Assembly (NCBI GenBank): GCA_030390025.1
Contig: CM059432.1
Span: forward strand, 86,306,001 to 86,370,000
Length of the DNA stretch: 64,000 bases
Origin: Squalus acanthias
Taxonomy: Eukaryota
Direction of reading: 5' to 3'
Program-made: the position numbers and the translations under genes
Notes under the pieces: model-generated
Seen by the model: only the letters and a program-made list of their open reading frames with translations
Database searches by the model: none
Told to the model about the DNA's origin: nothing
Shown: positions 1-13,413 of the stretch, piece by piece
How positions within the stretch are numbered: position 1 is the stretch's first letter
How the letters are laid out: the number at the start of each line of letters is the position of its first letter

Positions 1-27
1 TTCTGCCAATCACCTTAAATTTGTGTC

Positions 28-1880
28 ATAGAAACATAGAAAAATAGAAAATAGGAGCAGGAGTAGGCCATTCGGCCCTTCGAGCCTGCTCCGCCATTCA
101 ATATGATCATGGCTGATCCTCTATCGCAATACCATATTCCCGCTCTCTCCCCATACCCCTTGATGCCTTTTGTGTCTAGAAATCTATCTATCTCCTTCTT
201 AAATATATTCAGTGACTTGGCCTCCACAGCCTTCCGTGGTAGAGAATTCTACAGGTTCACCACCCTCTGAGTGAAGAAATTTCTCATCTCAGTCCTAAAT
301 GTCCTACCCCTTATCCTGAGACTGTGACCCCTCGTTCTAGACCCCCCCAGCCAGGGGAAACATCCTCCCTGCATCCAGTCTGTCTAGCCCTGTCAGAATT
401 TTATATGTTTCAATGAGATCCCCTCTCATTCTTCTAAACTCTAGTGAATACAGGCCTAGTCGACACAATCTCTCCTCATACGACAGTCCTGCCATCCCAG
501 GAATCAGTCTGGTGAAACTTCGCTGCACTCCCTCTATGGCAAGTATATCCTTTCTTAGGTAAGGAGACCAAAACTGTATACAGTACTCCAGGTGTGGTCT
601 CACCAAGGCCCTGTATAACTGTAGTAAGACATCCTTGCTCCTGTACTCAAATCCTCTTGCAATGAAGGCCAACATACCATTTGCCTTCCTAACTGCTTGC
701 TGCACCTGCATGTTTGCTTTCAGTGACTGGTGTACAAGGACACCCAGGTCCCTTTGTACATCAACATTTCCCAATCTATCACCATTTAAATAATACTCTA
801 CCTTTCTGTTTTTCCTACCGAAGTGGATAACTTCACAATTATCCACGTTATACTGCATCAGCCATGTATTTGCCACTCACTCAACTTGTCTAAATCGCCT
901 TTTTGCATCCTCCTCCCAACTCACAATCCCACCTAGTTTCGTGTCGTCAGCAAACTTGGAAATATTACATTTGGTTCCCTCATCCAAATCATTGATATAT
1001 ATTGTGAATAGCTGGGGCCCAAGCACTGATCCCTGCGGTACCCCACTAGTCAATGCCTGCCACCCCGAAAAAGACCCGTTTATTCCTACTCTCTCTTTCC
1101 TGTCAGTTAACAAATTTTCAATTCATGCCAGTATATTACCCCCAATCCCATGTGCTTTAATTTTGCACACTAACCTCTTATGTGGGACTTTATCAAAGGC
1201 CTTCTGAAAATCCAAATACACCACATCCACTGGTTCTCCCTTATCTATTCTACCAGTTACAGACTCAAAAAACTCCAGTAGGTTTGTCAAACACGATTTC
1301 CCTTTCATAAATCCATGTTGACTTTGTCTAATCCCGTTAATATTTTCTAAGTGTCCTGTTATCACATCCTTTATAATAGACTCGAGCATTTTCCCTACTA
1401 CTGATGTTAGGCTAACCGGTCTGTAGTTCCGTGTTTTCTCTCTCCCTCCTTTTTTAATTAGTGGGGTTACATTTGCCACCCTCCAATCTGCAGGAACTGT
1501 TCCATAATCTATAGAATTTTGGAAGATGATAACCAATGCATCCACTATTTCCATGGCTACCTCTTTTAGTACTCTGGGATGCAGATTATCAGGCCCTGGG
1601 GATTTATCAGCTTTCAGTCCCATTAATTTCTCCAGCACTATTTTTTTAATAATACTAATTTCCTTTAATTCCTCCTTCTCACTAGACCCTTGGTTCCCTA
1701 GCATTTCTGGGAAGTGATTTGTGTCCTCTTCTGTGAAGACAGAACCAAAGTATTTGTTTAATTGCTCTGCCATTTCCTTGTTCCCCGTTATAAATTCTCC
1801 TGTTTCTGACTGTAAGGGACCTACATTTGTCTTCACTAATCTTTTTCGTTTTACATACTTAATCTTTTTCTTTTTACATA
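28..1880 (-). mobile_element. 5'-truncated CR1/HER1-type LINE (RT region + 3'UTR), disrupted ORF2
   Basis: ORFs 1123-2064, 877-1113 and 337-876 give CR1 RT motifs ([39 protein letters not shown]). 3' tail is (TTCTATGT)n. Inserted into another CR1 fragment (1-27 and ~1882-2075) that reads continuously across the insertion. Confidence 0.95.
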
Positions 1881-1881
1881 C

Positions 1882-2075
1882 TTGTCCTCTGGTTCTCGAC
1901 CCATCTGCCAATGGGAACAGTTTCTCTCTATCTACTCTATCTAGGCCCGTCATGATTTTGAACACCTCTATCAAATCTCCTCTCAACCTTCTCTGCTCTA
2001 AGGAGAAAAACTCCAGCTTCTCCAGTCTATCCACGTAACTGAAGTCCCTCATCCCTGGAACCATTCTTGTAAATT
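1882..2075 (-). mobile_element. Host CR1 fragment (C-terminal ORF2), interrupted by the element at 28-1880
   Basis: MVPGMRDFSYVDRLEKLEFFSLEQRRLRGDLIEVFKIM; same family as 28164-28425. Confidence 0.85.
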
Positions 2076-2249
2076 CTCTTCACGGTAATTCAAATGTACT
2101 ATTTTATAATGGCAGGAACATTAGAGTAAATTTTTCACTTGTGCACTGCCAACATGAAGCCTCTCCCACTGGGAGCATATATTGGGATTGTCCATTAAAA
2201 TGAATAAGCATGAAATCATGGGCTGCACACTCCCAGCTGGTGAGGCTCT

Positions 2250-2963
2250 GGGCTGGATTTTCAATGACCCGTGGAGTCGGGTTTGGAGGCGTGTGGGGAG
2301 TTAAAGTTGCAGATTCGGGGGTCCCGACCCCATCCCGCCTCCACGCAATTTTTATAAAATCGTGTGCGGTGTTCCTGACTCCGTCCCACCTCCAAGAGGC
2401 GGGAGAGGCCATTAAAGCCCTTAACAAGCCCTAAATTGGCTCTGTAATGCCATTTTGAAACGTTTTAGCTAGTTTAACCCTTTTCTGACGTGAAGCACGC
2501 CTGATGTGAAACACGCCAGTGAAACCTGGTGGAAGCACAAGTGGATGGCTGACTATCAGCTGCAGGTCCACTATTACAACGGAGATGTGATGAAGGTAGT
2601 AGTAGTATTAGGTCTGAAAGTCACCTCTGATGCTGCTGCATTGAATGTCTTCAGAGACTGCCGGGGCCTTTGGAGGACCTGGATGGAAAAAAAAAATTCT
2701 CTCTCTCTCTGAGATGCTGCTCATTTTGCATCCAGGTCCTCTCACAGCAAAGGCCAGGCAGTCTCTGACCTGCAATGATGACATCATCAGAGGCGACTTT
2801 CAGACTGAAACCACTAATTGGTTCATGGGTTCCCACATGCTGGAACTCAATTGCCCAATTAAGTGAAAATTGCATCAATCTCCCACATCCAATTGCAGGC
2901 AGGTGGATAACACGAAATGTGGATGACACGACCCCAACCCGCCCCAGTATCAAAATCCAGCCC
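2250..2963. mobile_element. Non-autonomous DNA transposon (PIF/Harbinger-type MITE)
   Basis: Perfect 12-bp TIR GGGCTGGATTTT...AAAATCCAGCCC with 3-bp TSD TCT (2247-2249 / 2964-2966). Confidence 0.8.
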
Positions 2964-3024
2964 TCTGTATCAAAAGCACACAAGTGAATGATTTACCCTA
3001 TTAAACAATGTAAAATAATATGTA

Positions 3025-3137
3025 CAATAGCAAAATAGTTCTGATGAAGGGTCCCAGACCAGAAACGTTAACTCTGTTTCTCTCTCCACGGATGCTGCCT
3101 GGCCTGCTGAGTGTTTCCAGCATTTTCTGTTGTTATT
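3025..3137 (+). mobile_element. Short Penelope pLTR fragment carrying a minimal hammerhead ribozyme motif
   Basis: agttCTGATGAagggtcccagaccaGAAACGTTaact (3037-3073); the following sequence matches 31296-31359; flanked by a 14-bp direct repeat TAAAATAATATGTA (3011-3024 / 3138-3151). Confidence 0.8.
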
Positions 3138-3180
3138 TAAAATAATATGTAGTTGTGTATCCCCTTAAGAATTCACTTAC

Positions 3181-3279
3181 GGATCAGGTTGCAGATGAGG
3201 ATCTTGGATTTGTTTGATTGACAGGTCATAAAACAAGTTGGAGATAGCGTGGAATTGGTGTATTCTTGGAAAGAAGAAG
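3181..3279 (-). CDS. Candidate internal coding exon of the unnamed minus-strand gene (C8orf89 syntenic position)
   Basis: Unique sequence bounded by tttcag| and |gtaagt; 99 nt; open in phase 1-1 ((A)SSFQEYTNSTLSPTCFMTCQSNKSKILICNLI), matching the phase-1 donor at 26025. Confidence 0.5.
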
Positions 3280-3599
3280 CTGAAACACACAGTATTTTAA
3301 AATTAATTTGCATATGAAGAAGTTTGGATTGCAGGAGATAGAAAGTGCAATTATCCTAATTGCAAGAATCATATTTTTTGAAATTAAACTTTCCTTCATT
3401 TACATCTAGCTGTGTGCCATTCAATTATTTTTAGTTTGTTTTAACCTACTTATCCCTGGTCTGTTGAAGCTCTTGAAAAAGTAGTTAGGGATGAGAGTCA
3501 AGTGAGAAGAATGCCCCAATCAGGTCTGGTAGAATAACATTGCTTAACAAATTTGCCCATGTTAGAATAAAAATTGCCCATGATTAAGATTGACACAGC

Positions 3600-4359
3600 G
3601 GCCCAGAAATTAGGCTCCCTGGCTTCCCGCGTATGCAAGGATCCCGCGCGCACCTACCTACCGTGCCTGCCGTTGACCTCTGGGCCCACGGGGACTTCAG
3701 CTCCTGGGCCTCCTGCAGCTGCCGGCACGCAGTGCTCGTGTATCCCAGGGGCGTAGTTAGTGCGATGCGTCCCCTGGGATCACGTGGGCCATGGAGAGCC
3801 AATGGCAGCAGACCATCTTTCATTCATAGATTTGACAGGAAGACCTGTCAAGTCTATGAATTGAAATCAGCCCCAAAACAACACCTAAACTTCAAATAAA
3901 TTTTAAAAATAACCATCACATTTTTAAAATAACTATAAGTTAAATAAACTACTTTAAACAAAAATTTAAATTTTTGAAAAAATTAAAATACTTTTTACAG
4001 TACTGAAAATAAACTTACCTTTCTTTAAAGTATCTAAAAAAGATAAACCTGTTGAAAATTTTTTAAATTCTAATTAATTAACCAATTACCTTGTTAAAAA
4101 CGGGTCTTGCGCCTCCTTTTTAAAAGCGCAGCTTCTTCAATACTTACCTTCCCGGAGAAACCTGAAAAAAAACTTAAGTTCGCTGCATGCTCGCAGCCTC
4201 TCCCGCGCACGCGGTTCACCTCTCAACCCCTCCCTTCACGAGACCGGAAGTTCCGGTTTCCCGCACATGCACAGTGCATGCAGGAAACCGACACTTCAGG
4301 AGGCCTTACGGGTGAGTACACAGCGCGTACTCACCCGGCAAGTGCTGAATTTTTGGCCC
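3600..4359. mobile_element. PIF/Harbinger-type MITE, family A copy 1
   Basis: Imperfect TIR GGCCCAGAAATT...AATTTTTGGCCC, 3-bp TSD AGC; colinear with 13414-14157. Confidence 0.85.
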
Positions 4360-4469
4360 AGCATTACAGGAAATGTTACTTAAATGTGTTATGCAACGAT
4401 GGTATGGGGAACGTTACATAAATATGTTACAGGAAGTGTATGGCGGCATGCACTTACATACTTTAATAT

Positions 4470-5045
4470 ATCTTTGGGTTTTATAAATAGAATACAAGAG
4501 TAAAGTGGTAATGGTAATGGTTAGGCCACAGGTAAAGAGTACTGTGTGCATTTTCAGCATCCCATTATAGAAAATAAAACACTAAAACCATAGAGCGCAT
4601 GCAACAGAAATTCACCAGAAGGAAGCCAAAAATGAGAAACTATAGTTAGGACGTGAGACGTGAAATATTCAGATTACTTCCACTAGAGCAAAGACTGCCA
4701 AAAGATTTTTAATATTATGAAGGGTTTTTATTTCCCCTGGTTGGGGAGTCAGCGACAAGGGGTCATGAATTGAAAATGGCCACTAAAAAGCAAAGAAAGC
4801 GGTTAGGAGAAATTCCTTTCACAGAGTTGTTGGAGCATGGAATGCTTTGCCACAGACAATAGTTGAGGCAAAGATCATTGCACCTTTAAGGGAAAAATGG
4901 ATATACATTTGACGCAGAGGAAGATAAAGGGTTATGAGGAGAGCACGGGAGAGTGGAATTAGTTTTGGATTGCTCTAGCAAAGAGCCAGTGCAGACATGA
5001 TGGAGCAAATGACCTCCTACCGTGTTGTACACTTCTACGGTTCTA
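4470..5045 (+). mobile_element. Degenerate CR1 3' fragment
   Basis: Decayed similarity to CR1 ORF2 C-terminus and 3'UTR. Confidence 0.7.
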
Positions 5046-5394
5046 CCTCCTGTGGTGTTGCTTAGATGAGTAGGAGGATATACAATATGCTATATAGCAT
5101 ACAATATACTGTAGAGCCACTGATTAATGGTGATTTAATTAAAAATGCAATTTACCTTATACAAAGTAATATGGAAGTGTTAGTGGTATTTTCAGGCTCA
5201 AATTATGTATGACGATGTCTTCAAAAATTTTAAATCAGTGGCCTTTATTGTATGTTTGTTTAGCTATTTAACAAACTTTTTGTCTTAGTTTTTAAAAGAA
5301 AGTCTAGGTTCCACAGGAAGACAGTAGAGAAAATATTCTAGGTTGGAGTTACAGCACTGAGGGGTGGGGAGTTACATGGTTTTGTAATAGAAGG

Positions 5395-6480
5395 TCGTCA
5401 TGGAAGTTTATAAACAAACAACAACCCATTTCACCCATTATGCCTGTGCCAGCTCTCTGGAAGAGCTATTCACTTGGTCCCATTCCCCTGACTTTACACA
5501 TACCCTTATTATATTTCAGATATTTATCCATTTCTCTTTTAAAAACTATGGAACTTGCTTCAGTCATAGTATTTACCTTATCAAAACTCCTCATAATTTT
5601 GAACACCTTTATCAGATCATCTCTTAACTTTCTTTGTTCTAATGAACAGATCCCCAGTTTCTCTAGTATCACCTCAATGTGTCTCATCCCCATATTTTAG
5701 TGAATCTTCTGTACCTTCTCCATGGTATCCTTCCTAAAGTAAGGACAATATTCTAATGCCTAACCAATTATTTGTATAGAAACATAGAAGATAGGAGCAG
5801 GAGTAGGGCATTCGGCCCCCTCGAGCCTGCTCCACCATTTAATGAGATCATGGCTGATCATCCAAATTCAGTACCCTGTCCCCGCTTTCTCCCCATATCC
5901 CTTGATCCCTTTAGCCTTAAGAAATATATCTAACTCCTTCTTGAATATATTTAATGAATTGGCCTCAACTGCCTTCTGTGGTAGAGAATTCCACAGGTTC
6001 ACCACTCTCTGGGTGAAGAAATTCCTCCTCATCTCAGTCCTAAATGGCTTACCCCTTATCCTTAGACTGTGATTTTATATAGATTTTGCATTACCTCTTT
6101 GCTTTTGTACCCGGTCCTTTTTATATAACGTAAGATCTCGTATGTTCTTTTTTTTAAAATGCTTTGTCAACTTGTCCTCATACTTTCATTGAGTTGTATA
6201 TCTGAACCTTTAAATCTGTCTGCTCCTCTACTCCTTTTAAAGTTTTGCCATTGAGTATATTGACTACTCCTGATAATTCAAAGGTGGTTTTCACATTTAA
6301 AAAATTTGAATTATTCAATAGTTTAAATTAAGCACTGTAAATAACACAATGTGGGAATTTAGTACTAAAAAAATTGAATCAGATAACTGCTCCACATTAA
6401 ATTTAATCTGACAACTATCTGCCCAATTTAGTAACTTACATTCTTCTTAAGTCATTTACAGTCATCTTCACAATTAACTA
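5395..6480 (-). mobile_element. Old CR1 fragment with a young CR1 3' end (5777-6071) nested in it
   Basis: ORF 5466-5693 (LEQRKLRDDLIKVFKIM); 5777-6071 is nearly the reverse complement of 18905-19198. Confidence 0.8.
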
Positions 6481-6975
6481 CACTCCCAGGTGCGAGACTT
6501 TGGCTTACTGGTAGCATTCCTGCCCAAGCCAGAAGGTGCAGAATTCTAACCCTGCTCCAGACATCCCAGCGAGTGGAGACTGGAGCTCCGGCTCTGAATT
6601 GCCGGTTGACATCCAGCTGATAGTCTACATACGACTGGTATTAATAGGTATAAACGCCCTGAAATCCTACCTGTAACTAGTATTAATCCAGTAACCTGCT
6701 AATATGCACCCTATAACTACAGTCAGAATCTCCCTGCACTGTACAAGGTGCGATTAGGCTCCCCAGTTGATGCCACTTTTAACAGACTCCATTTCTCTCC
6801 CTATCTCCTAGCTCCCTGGTTCTCTATGAAGGTGACAACTCTGAACTGGGAACCTCAATCAGAGCCAACATAGAATCATAGGATTATACAGCACAGAAGG
6901 AAGCTATTCGACCCATCATGCCTGTGCCGGCTCTTTGAAAGAGCTATCCAATTAGTCCCACTCCCCTGCTCTTTC

Positions 6976-8468
6976 GATGGAATCTGGAACTGTACCCATG
7001 GATTGGAGGGTAGCTAATGTTACCCCACTATTCAAAAAGGGTGGTAGAGAGAAAGCGGGGAATTACAGACCGGTAAGCCTGACATCGGTAGTGGGGAAAA
7101 TGCTAGAGTCCATTATAAAGGATGTAATAGCTGAGCACTTGAAAAACAGTGACAGGATCGGACAAAGTCAACATGGATTTACAAAAGGTAAATCGTGCTT
7201 GACTAATCTACTGGAATTTTTTGAGGATGTAACTGGGAAAATAGATGAGGGAGAACCAGTAGATGTGGTGTATTTGGACTTTCAAAAGGCTTTCGATAAG
7301 GTCCCGCAAAAGAGATTAGCGTGTAAAGTTAAGGCACATGGGATTGAGGGCAAGGTATTGACTTGGATAGAGAACTGGTTGGCGGACAGAAAGCAGAGAG
7401 TAGGAATTCATGGGTCTTTTTCCGAGTGGCAGGCAGTGACTAGTGGGGTACCGCAGGGATCGGTCCTTGGACCCCAGCTATTCACAATATACATTCATGA
7501 TCTAGATAAGGGAACTAAATGTAATATCTCCAAGTTTGCAGATGACACAAAGCTGGGTGGGCGTGTGTGCTGCGAGGAGGATACCGAGAAACTCCAGGAT
7601 GATTTGGACAGGTTGGGTGAGTGGGCAGAAGCATGGCAGATGCAATATAACGTGGATAAATGCGAGGTTATCCACTTTGGTATCAAAAACAGAAAGGCAG
7701 ACTATTATCTGAATGGCAATAGATTGGGAGAAGGGGAAGTGCAACGAGACCTGGGTGTCCTTGTGCACCAGTCGCTGAAGGTAAGCATGCAGGTGCAGCA
7801 GGCGGTGAAGAAGGCAAATGGTATGTTGGCCTTCATAGCGAAAGGGTTTGAGTATAGGAACAGGGATGTCCTGCTGCAGTTGTACAGGGCCTTGGTGAGA
7901 CCACACCTTGAGTACTGTGTGCAGTTTTGGTCACCTTATCTGAGGAAGGATGTTCTTGCCATGGAGGGAGTTCAGCAAAGATTCACAAGGCTGATACCTG
8001 GGATGGCAGGAATGACATATGAGGAGAGATTGGGTCGATTGGGCTTATACTCACTGGAGTATAGAAGAATGAGAGGGGATCTCATCGAAACATATAAAAT
8101 TCTGACAGGTCTGGACAAACTAGATGCAGGAAGAATGTTCCCGATGGTCGGAGAGTCCAGAACCAGGGGTCATAATCTAAGGATAAGGGGTAAGCCATTT
8201 AGGACAGAAATGAGGAAGAATTTCTTCACCCAGAGAGTGGTGAACCTGTGGAATTCTCTACCACAGAAGGTAGTTGAGGCCAAGTCATTAAATATATTCA
8301 AGAATGAGTTAGATATATTTCTTAAAGCTAAAGGTATCAAGGGATATGGGGAGAAGGCAGGTGCAGGGTACTGAGTTTGGATGATCAGCCATGATCTCAT
8401 CGAATGGCGAAGCAGGCTCGAGGGGCCAAATGGCCTACACCTGCTCCTATCTTCTATGTTTCTATGTT
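6976..8468 (+). mobile_element. Young 5'-truncated CR1 LINE with an uninterrupted RT-region ORF (6977-8374)
   Basis: 465-aa ORF with CR1 RT motifs; (TTCTATGT)n tail; TSD TCTTTC (6970-6975 / 8469-8474) inside the 3'UTR of an antisense CR1. Confidence 0.95.
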
Positions 8469-9239
8469 TCTTTCACTGTAGCCCTGCAAATTTTTCCTTT
8501 TTAGGTATATATCCACGTCCCTTTAAAGTTACTATAGATCCGCTCCCACCACCCTTTCAGGCAATGCATTCCAGATCATAACAACTTGCTGAGTAAAAAA
8601 AATTCTCCTCATCTCCTCCCTGGCTTTTTGTCAATTATCTTAAAGCTGTGTCCTATGGTTAACAACCCTCCTGCTAGTGGAAACAGTTTCTCCCTATCTA
8701 CTCTATTAATACCCTTTATGATTTTGAACACCTCTATTAAATCTTCCCTTAACCTTCTTTGCTTGAAGGAGAATAATACCAGTGTCTCTAGTCTCTCCAC
8801 ATAACTGAAGTCCCTCATCCCTGCCACCATTCTGGTAAATCTCCTTTGCATCTTCAAGGCCTTGACATCCTTTCTAAAGTGTGGTGCCCAGAATTGGACA
8901 CAATACTCTAGCTGAGGTCTAACCAGCGATTTATGAAGGTTTCTAACTTCCTTGCTTTTGTACTCTATGCCTCCATTTATAAAACCAAGGACCCGTATGC
9001 CTTTTAAAAAAAAAGCTTTATCAACTTGTCCTGACACCTTCAAAGATTTGTGTATGTGAACATCCAGGTCTATCTGTTCCTGCACCCGCATTAAAATTGT
9101 AACATTTAGTTTATACTGCTTCTCCTAATATTTCCTTCCAAAAAGCATCACTTCACACGTCTCTGCATTAAATTTCATCTGCCATGTGCCTGCCCATTTC
9201 ACCAGTCTGTCTTTTTTCTTTTTCTCTTTCCTCCTTTAA

Positions 9240-9382
9240 GATGCTGCTTAAAATCTACCTCTCATCTGCCCTAACAACTCCTTATATGGTTCGGTGTCAA
9301 TTTTTTTTTATAGCGCTTCTCTGAAGCGCCTTGGGACGTTTTACTACATTAAAGGCGCTATATAAATGCAAATTGTTGTTGT
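9240..9382 (+). mobile_element. L2-type LINE 3' end
   Basis: GAAGCGCCTTGGGACGTTTTACTAC...GGCGCTATATAAATGCAA(GTT)n, the same tail as 45540-45602. Confidence 0.7.
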
Positions 9383-10003
9383 CTATGTCCTCCTGAAATA
9401 TGCTACTATCCTCCTCACTGTTTACCACATTTCCAAGCTTTGTGTCATGCACAAACTTTAAAATGATGCCTTCTATACCCAAGTTAATATATATATATAT
9501 CAAAAAGATCAGTGCTCCCAATACCGACCCCTGGGGACACCACTGTACAATTCCCTCCAGTCCGAAAAACAACCATTCACTACTACTGTCTGCTTTCTGT
9601 CCCTCAGCCAATTTCGTATCCACGCTGCCACTGCCCCTTTAATCCCAAGGGCTTCAATTTTGCTAACAAGTCAATTATATGGCACTTTATCAAATGCCTT
9701 TTCAAAGTCCATATATACAACATCAACTGCACTACCTACCTTCATCAACCCTCTCCGTTATTTCATCAAAGAACTCAAATCAAGTTAGTCAGCCACGATA
9801 TACCTTTAATAAATCCGTGTTTGCTGTCATTTATTAACCCATATTTTTCCAAGTGACAATTAATTTTGTCTCGGATTATTGTCTCTAAAAGTTTCCCCAC
9901 CACTGATGGTAGGCCGACTGGCCAGTAGTTACCTGTTTTTTCTCTCTCCCTTTTTTGAACAGGGGTGTAACCCGGTGACTTTTATATCTTGAGCACTGCC
10001 AAT

Positions 10004-10158
10004 CAATGTTCCCTTTATTTATTTTGGGTGCGCAGACACTTTTAAGAGTCCTATTCAAAATACCGCGCATGTGCAGTTTCTCCTATTTAAAAGCCGGTGA
10101 ACCTGCTGTGCGGGAGCTGCAGAGCACTGCGTGGCCTCGCAGCTTAAAGGGAACATTG
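10004..10158. mobile_element. hAT-type MITE (family B)
   Basis: TIR CAATGTTCCCTT...AAGGGAACATTG; 8-bp TSD CTGCCAAT/CTGCCAAC; related copies at 45299-45431 and, partially, ~12610-12745. Confidence 0.8.
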
Positions 10159-10200
10159 CTGCCAACCGTTTTATACCTCTTCTTGATCTATTTTTATCCT

Positions 10201-10347
10201 TGATGCGGAGATGCCGGTGTTGGACTGGGGTGGACAAAAGTGAGAAGTCGCACAACACCAGGTTATAGTCCAACAGTTTTATTTGAAATCTTGTGATTTC
10301 AAATAAAACTGTTGGACTATAACCTGGTGTTGTGTGACTTCTCACTT
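10201..10347. repeat. Fold-back insertion with 53-bp inverted arms
   Basis: Arms 10238-10290 and 10295-10347, loop TTGT, one mismatch; flanking direct repeat TATTTTTATCCT (10189-10200 / 10347-10358). Confidence 0.85.
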
Positions 10348-11989
10348 ATTTTTATCCTATCCATTTTCTCTACCCCCTCCTCCTTTACTGTAACACTGGC
10401 AGTATCCTCTTTAGTGAAGACAGATGCAAAGTACTCATTTAGTACCACTGCATCCACAAGAATTCCTTTATGGTCCTCAATCGGCCCCACCTTTCCTTTG
10501 ACTATCCTTTTACTCTTTAAATGTTTATGAAAGACTTTAGTATGCCCCTTTATGTTGCCCGCTAATCTATTCTCATACGTTCTCTTTACCCCTCTTATTT
10601 CCTTTTTTAGTTTTCCTCTGCACTCTCTGCAGTCAGCTTGATTCTCTACTGTATTATGAACCTGACATTTATCCTTTTCTAGTTTCATTTTAACCTCAGA
10701 GGTTTAATCATCCAGTGAACTCTAGCTTTGGATGCCCTTCCTTTCCCCCTCATAGGAATGTGTCTAGTTTATACCTGAACTATCGCCTCTTTGAAAGTCT
10801 CCCATTGTTCATCGACTGTTTTACCTGCCAATCTTTGTTTGCAATCCACCTGGGCCAAATCCCTTTTCAACTCACTGAAATTAACCCTCTTCCAATTGAG
10901 TATTTTCACCTTTGATTGTCCTTTGTCCATTTCCATAACTGGTCTAAACCTAATGATATTGTGATCACTGTTTCTCACTGAAACATGCTCCACTTGCCCC
11001 ACTTCATTCCCCAGAACTAGATCCAACACTGCTTCTTTCTTCGTTGGGCTGGAAACATACTGATCAAGAAAGTTCTCTTGTACACATTTCAGGAATTCCT
11101 CCTCTCTTTGCCCTTAACACTGTTTTTTCCCCCAGTCTATATTAGGATATGTTCTTGGACTTCACGTGTCAAAACTGGCCAACACAGACCGATCAGAACC
11201 CAACTGGGAGACTGCGCAAAAAGCAGCAGGCTTGGTGTTTGGGTCACTTCTTACAGGGCATATCGTCCTAAATTCAGCTCAAATTTCTAAACCACTCCCT
11301 GGGTTTTGACTCAATAAAAGGAGAGCTTTCATAAAATGATAGAAATTACAGCACACAAAGAGGCTGTTAGGATGCCAGTGCTGCCACTCTCTGCTGTAAC
11401 ACTATCCCCCCAAATCATGTTATATTCCTCATTTTCATACTTAACTCACTCCCTTTTCAACGCCGCTCTACTCTGTGCCCCAATAGCCACATGGCGAAGC
11501 ATCCTATTGCATAATGGCCCTCATTTCAAAAACCTTCCCTCTCTCTTGGTTCTTCCAGTGAGAATCCTCAGTCTCTGTCCTCTTGTTCTCCATTTGCAAG
11601 GTGGAAACAATTTTTCACTATTCACACATATTAAAGTTCCCAGATTTCACTCACCCCTATACTGGCTGCTCATCTCTTGGCACTGCTCCACCATGTTACA
11701 GATGCTGCTCCTGGATCTGAAGGAAATGCTGGGCCTCCATGTCCACCCCATTCCCCAGTCTCCCTCTCTTCCGCTACCACCCAAGCCTCAATCTCCCCCG
11801 ACCACCATTCCTCCTCTCTCCCCTTGCCTGAGCCCCCATCCCGGAACTCCAGTCCCGTCTCCCTCTCCCCTGACCCCTAGCCCGCTATCACTCACTTCCC
11901 CCAACCCAAGCCCCAAACCACCCCACCTCCCGCCCCCGCCACACACTAGTTCATTCATCGTTGACTGTTCCCTGTTCTTTCAGTTTTTA

Positions 11990-12610
11990 TATTGAACCTA
12001 ATTATGTTAGCACTATGGCCTAGATGTTTCCTGAACCTTACGTTACCCATTTGTCCCACTTAATTTCCTAGAACTAGACCCAGCACTGCCTCTCTTCTAG
12101 TTGGACTAAGAATATACTGATCTAGAAAGAAGTCCTGGACGAATTGTAGAAACCCTCTCTTTATTTGCAACTTAACATTACTTTACAATCTATCTTTGGA
12201 TAATTAAAGTTACCCCATAATAATGGCCTTGATGTTCTTGCATCTTTCTCTAACTTATCTACCTAGCTTTTCCTTGATCGCTTTTCCAATGTTTGGCAAT
12301 CTATAATATACTCCCAATAGAGTTGCATTTCCCTTCCTTAACTTTAACCAAAAAGATTCAGCTTTTGTATCATCCTCATGTTCCAGTGTTTTAATGGAAT
12401 CTTCTATTAATACTGCCACACCTCCTTTTTCCTCCAATTCTATTTCTTCTGACTATTTCGTAACCAGGAATATTCAGCTCCCAGTCCTGTCCTAGCCTAA
12501 GCAACATCTCTATTAATGCTATTACTGTACATCATACCTCACATAGCAATTGGTGCTTCTAGCTCACCAATTTTATTCACGTTACTTTGTGAATTTATAT
12601 GCATATAACC
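11990..12610 (-). mobile_element. Degenerate CR1 endonuclease-region fragment
   Basis: ORF 12255-12437 GGVAVLIEDS...ESFWLKLR...LLGVYYRLPN is APE-endonuclease-like. Confidence 0.7.
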
Positions 12611-13413
12611 AATGTTCCCCCTAATTTTAAATGTGGGTGCGCAGTCCCTTTAATGGGCTGTATGGCCCAAGTTTTGTGCATGCGTTAAACTTCACATTGG
12701 AAGAGTTGGTCCCGGGCTGCGCGGGACCAGCAGACAGCCGCGCAACCTGTCTCATTCTGTTTGGCAATCTTACTCATTTTAATCCCTCCTCCTTCTGATT
12801 GGTTCTTTAAAACTTTCCTGTTTTTCTCTTATCTTTCCTACACTTATTATCCTTTTTGTCTCATCTTGTTTTCTCTATCATGTCCTATCCTCTCCCCTAT
12901 TCACTCCTGCAAATTAGTTCCCTCCATTCACACTCTACGATTTCATACTCCCCTCACTCACTCCATCTCCATGGCTGCTGCAGTCCCGCTTCAGCTGACA
13001 AGCAGATTAGACGGTTAAATGCATGGCTGAAAGAGTGGGGTGGGAGGCAGGGGTTTCAATTCATGGGGCACTGGCACCAGTACTGGGGAAAGAGGGAGCT
13101 GTTCCGTTGGGACGGACTCCACTTAAACCAGGCTGGGACCAGTGTCCTGGCGAATTGAATAACTAGGGTCGTAGATAGAGCTTTAAACTAATGAAGAGGG
13201 AATGGGAGGATTCAGAAAAGGGTATATTCAAAAGCAGTAAGAGAAATGTCAAGGCTGCAGAGCAGAGTAGCGATTTGGGTAAAAATAAGCAGAGTGGGTA
13301 AAAATAAGCAGAGTGGGTCAGGAAGGAACAGAGAGTTTAACAAAGGTAATAGGGCATCAGAGACTAAGGTGACATCAGGCAAAAGTAGAAAAAAAGTTAA
13401 AGTTAAAGGCATT

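Larger units (their letters stand above)
6871..11150 (-). mobile_element. Older CR1 LINE, repeatedly interrupted (host of 6976-8468, an L2 tail, a MITE and a hairpin element)
   Basis: 3' tail at 6871-6975; decayed ORF2 pieces 8609-9091, 9297-9623, 10317-10688, 10769-11029. Confidence 0.85.

Noticed and set aside
11336..11995. 219-aa Pro/Ser-rich ORF
   Set aside because: Decayed CR1 3' sequence plus a C-rich low-complexity tract; no splice or homology support.
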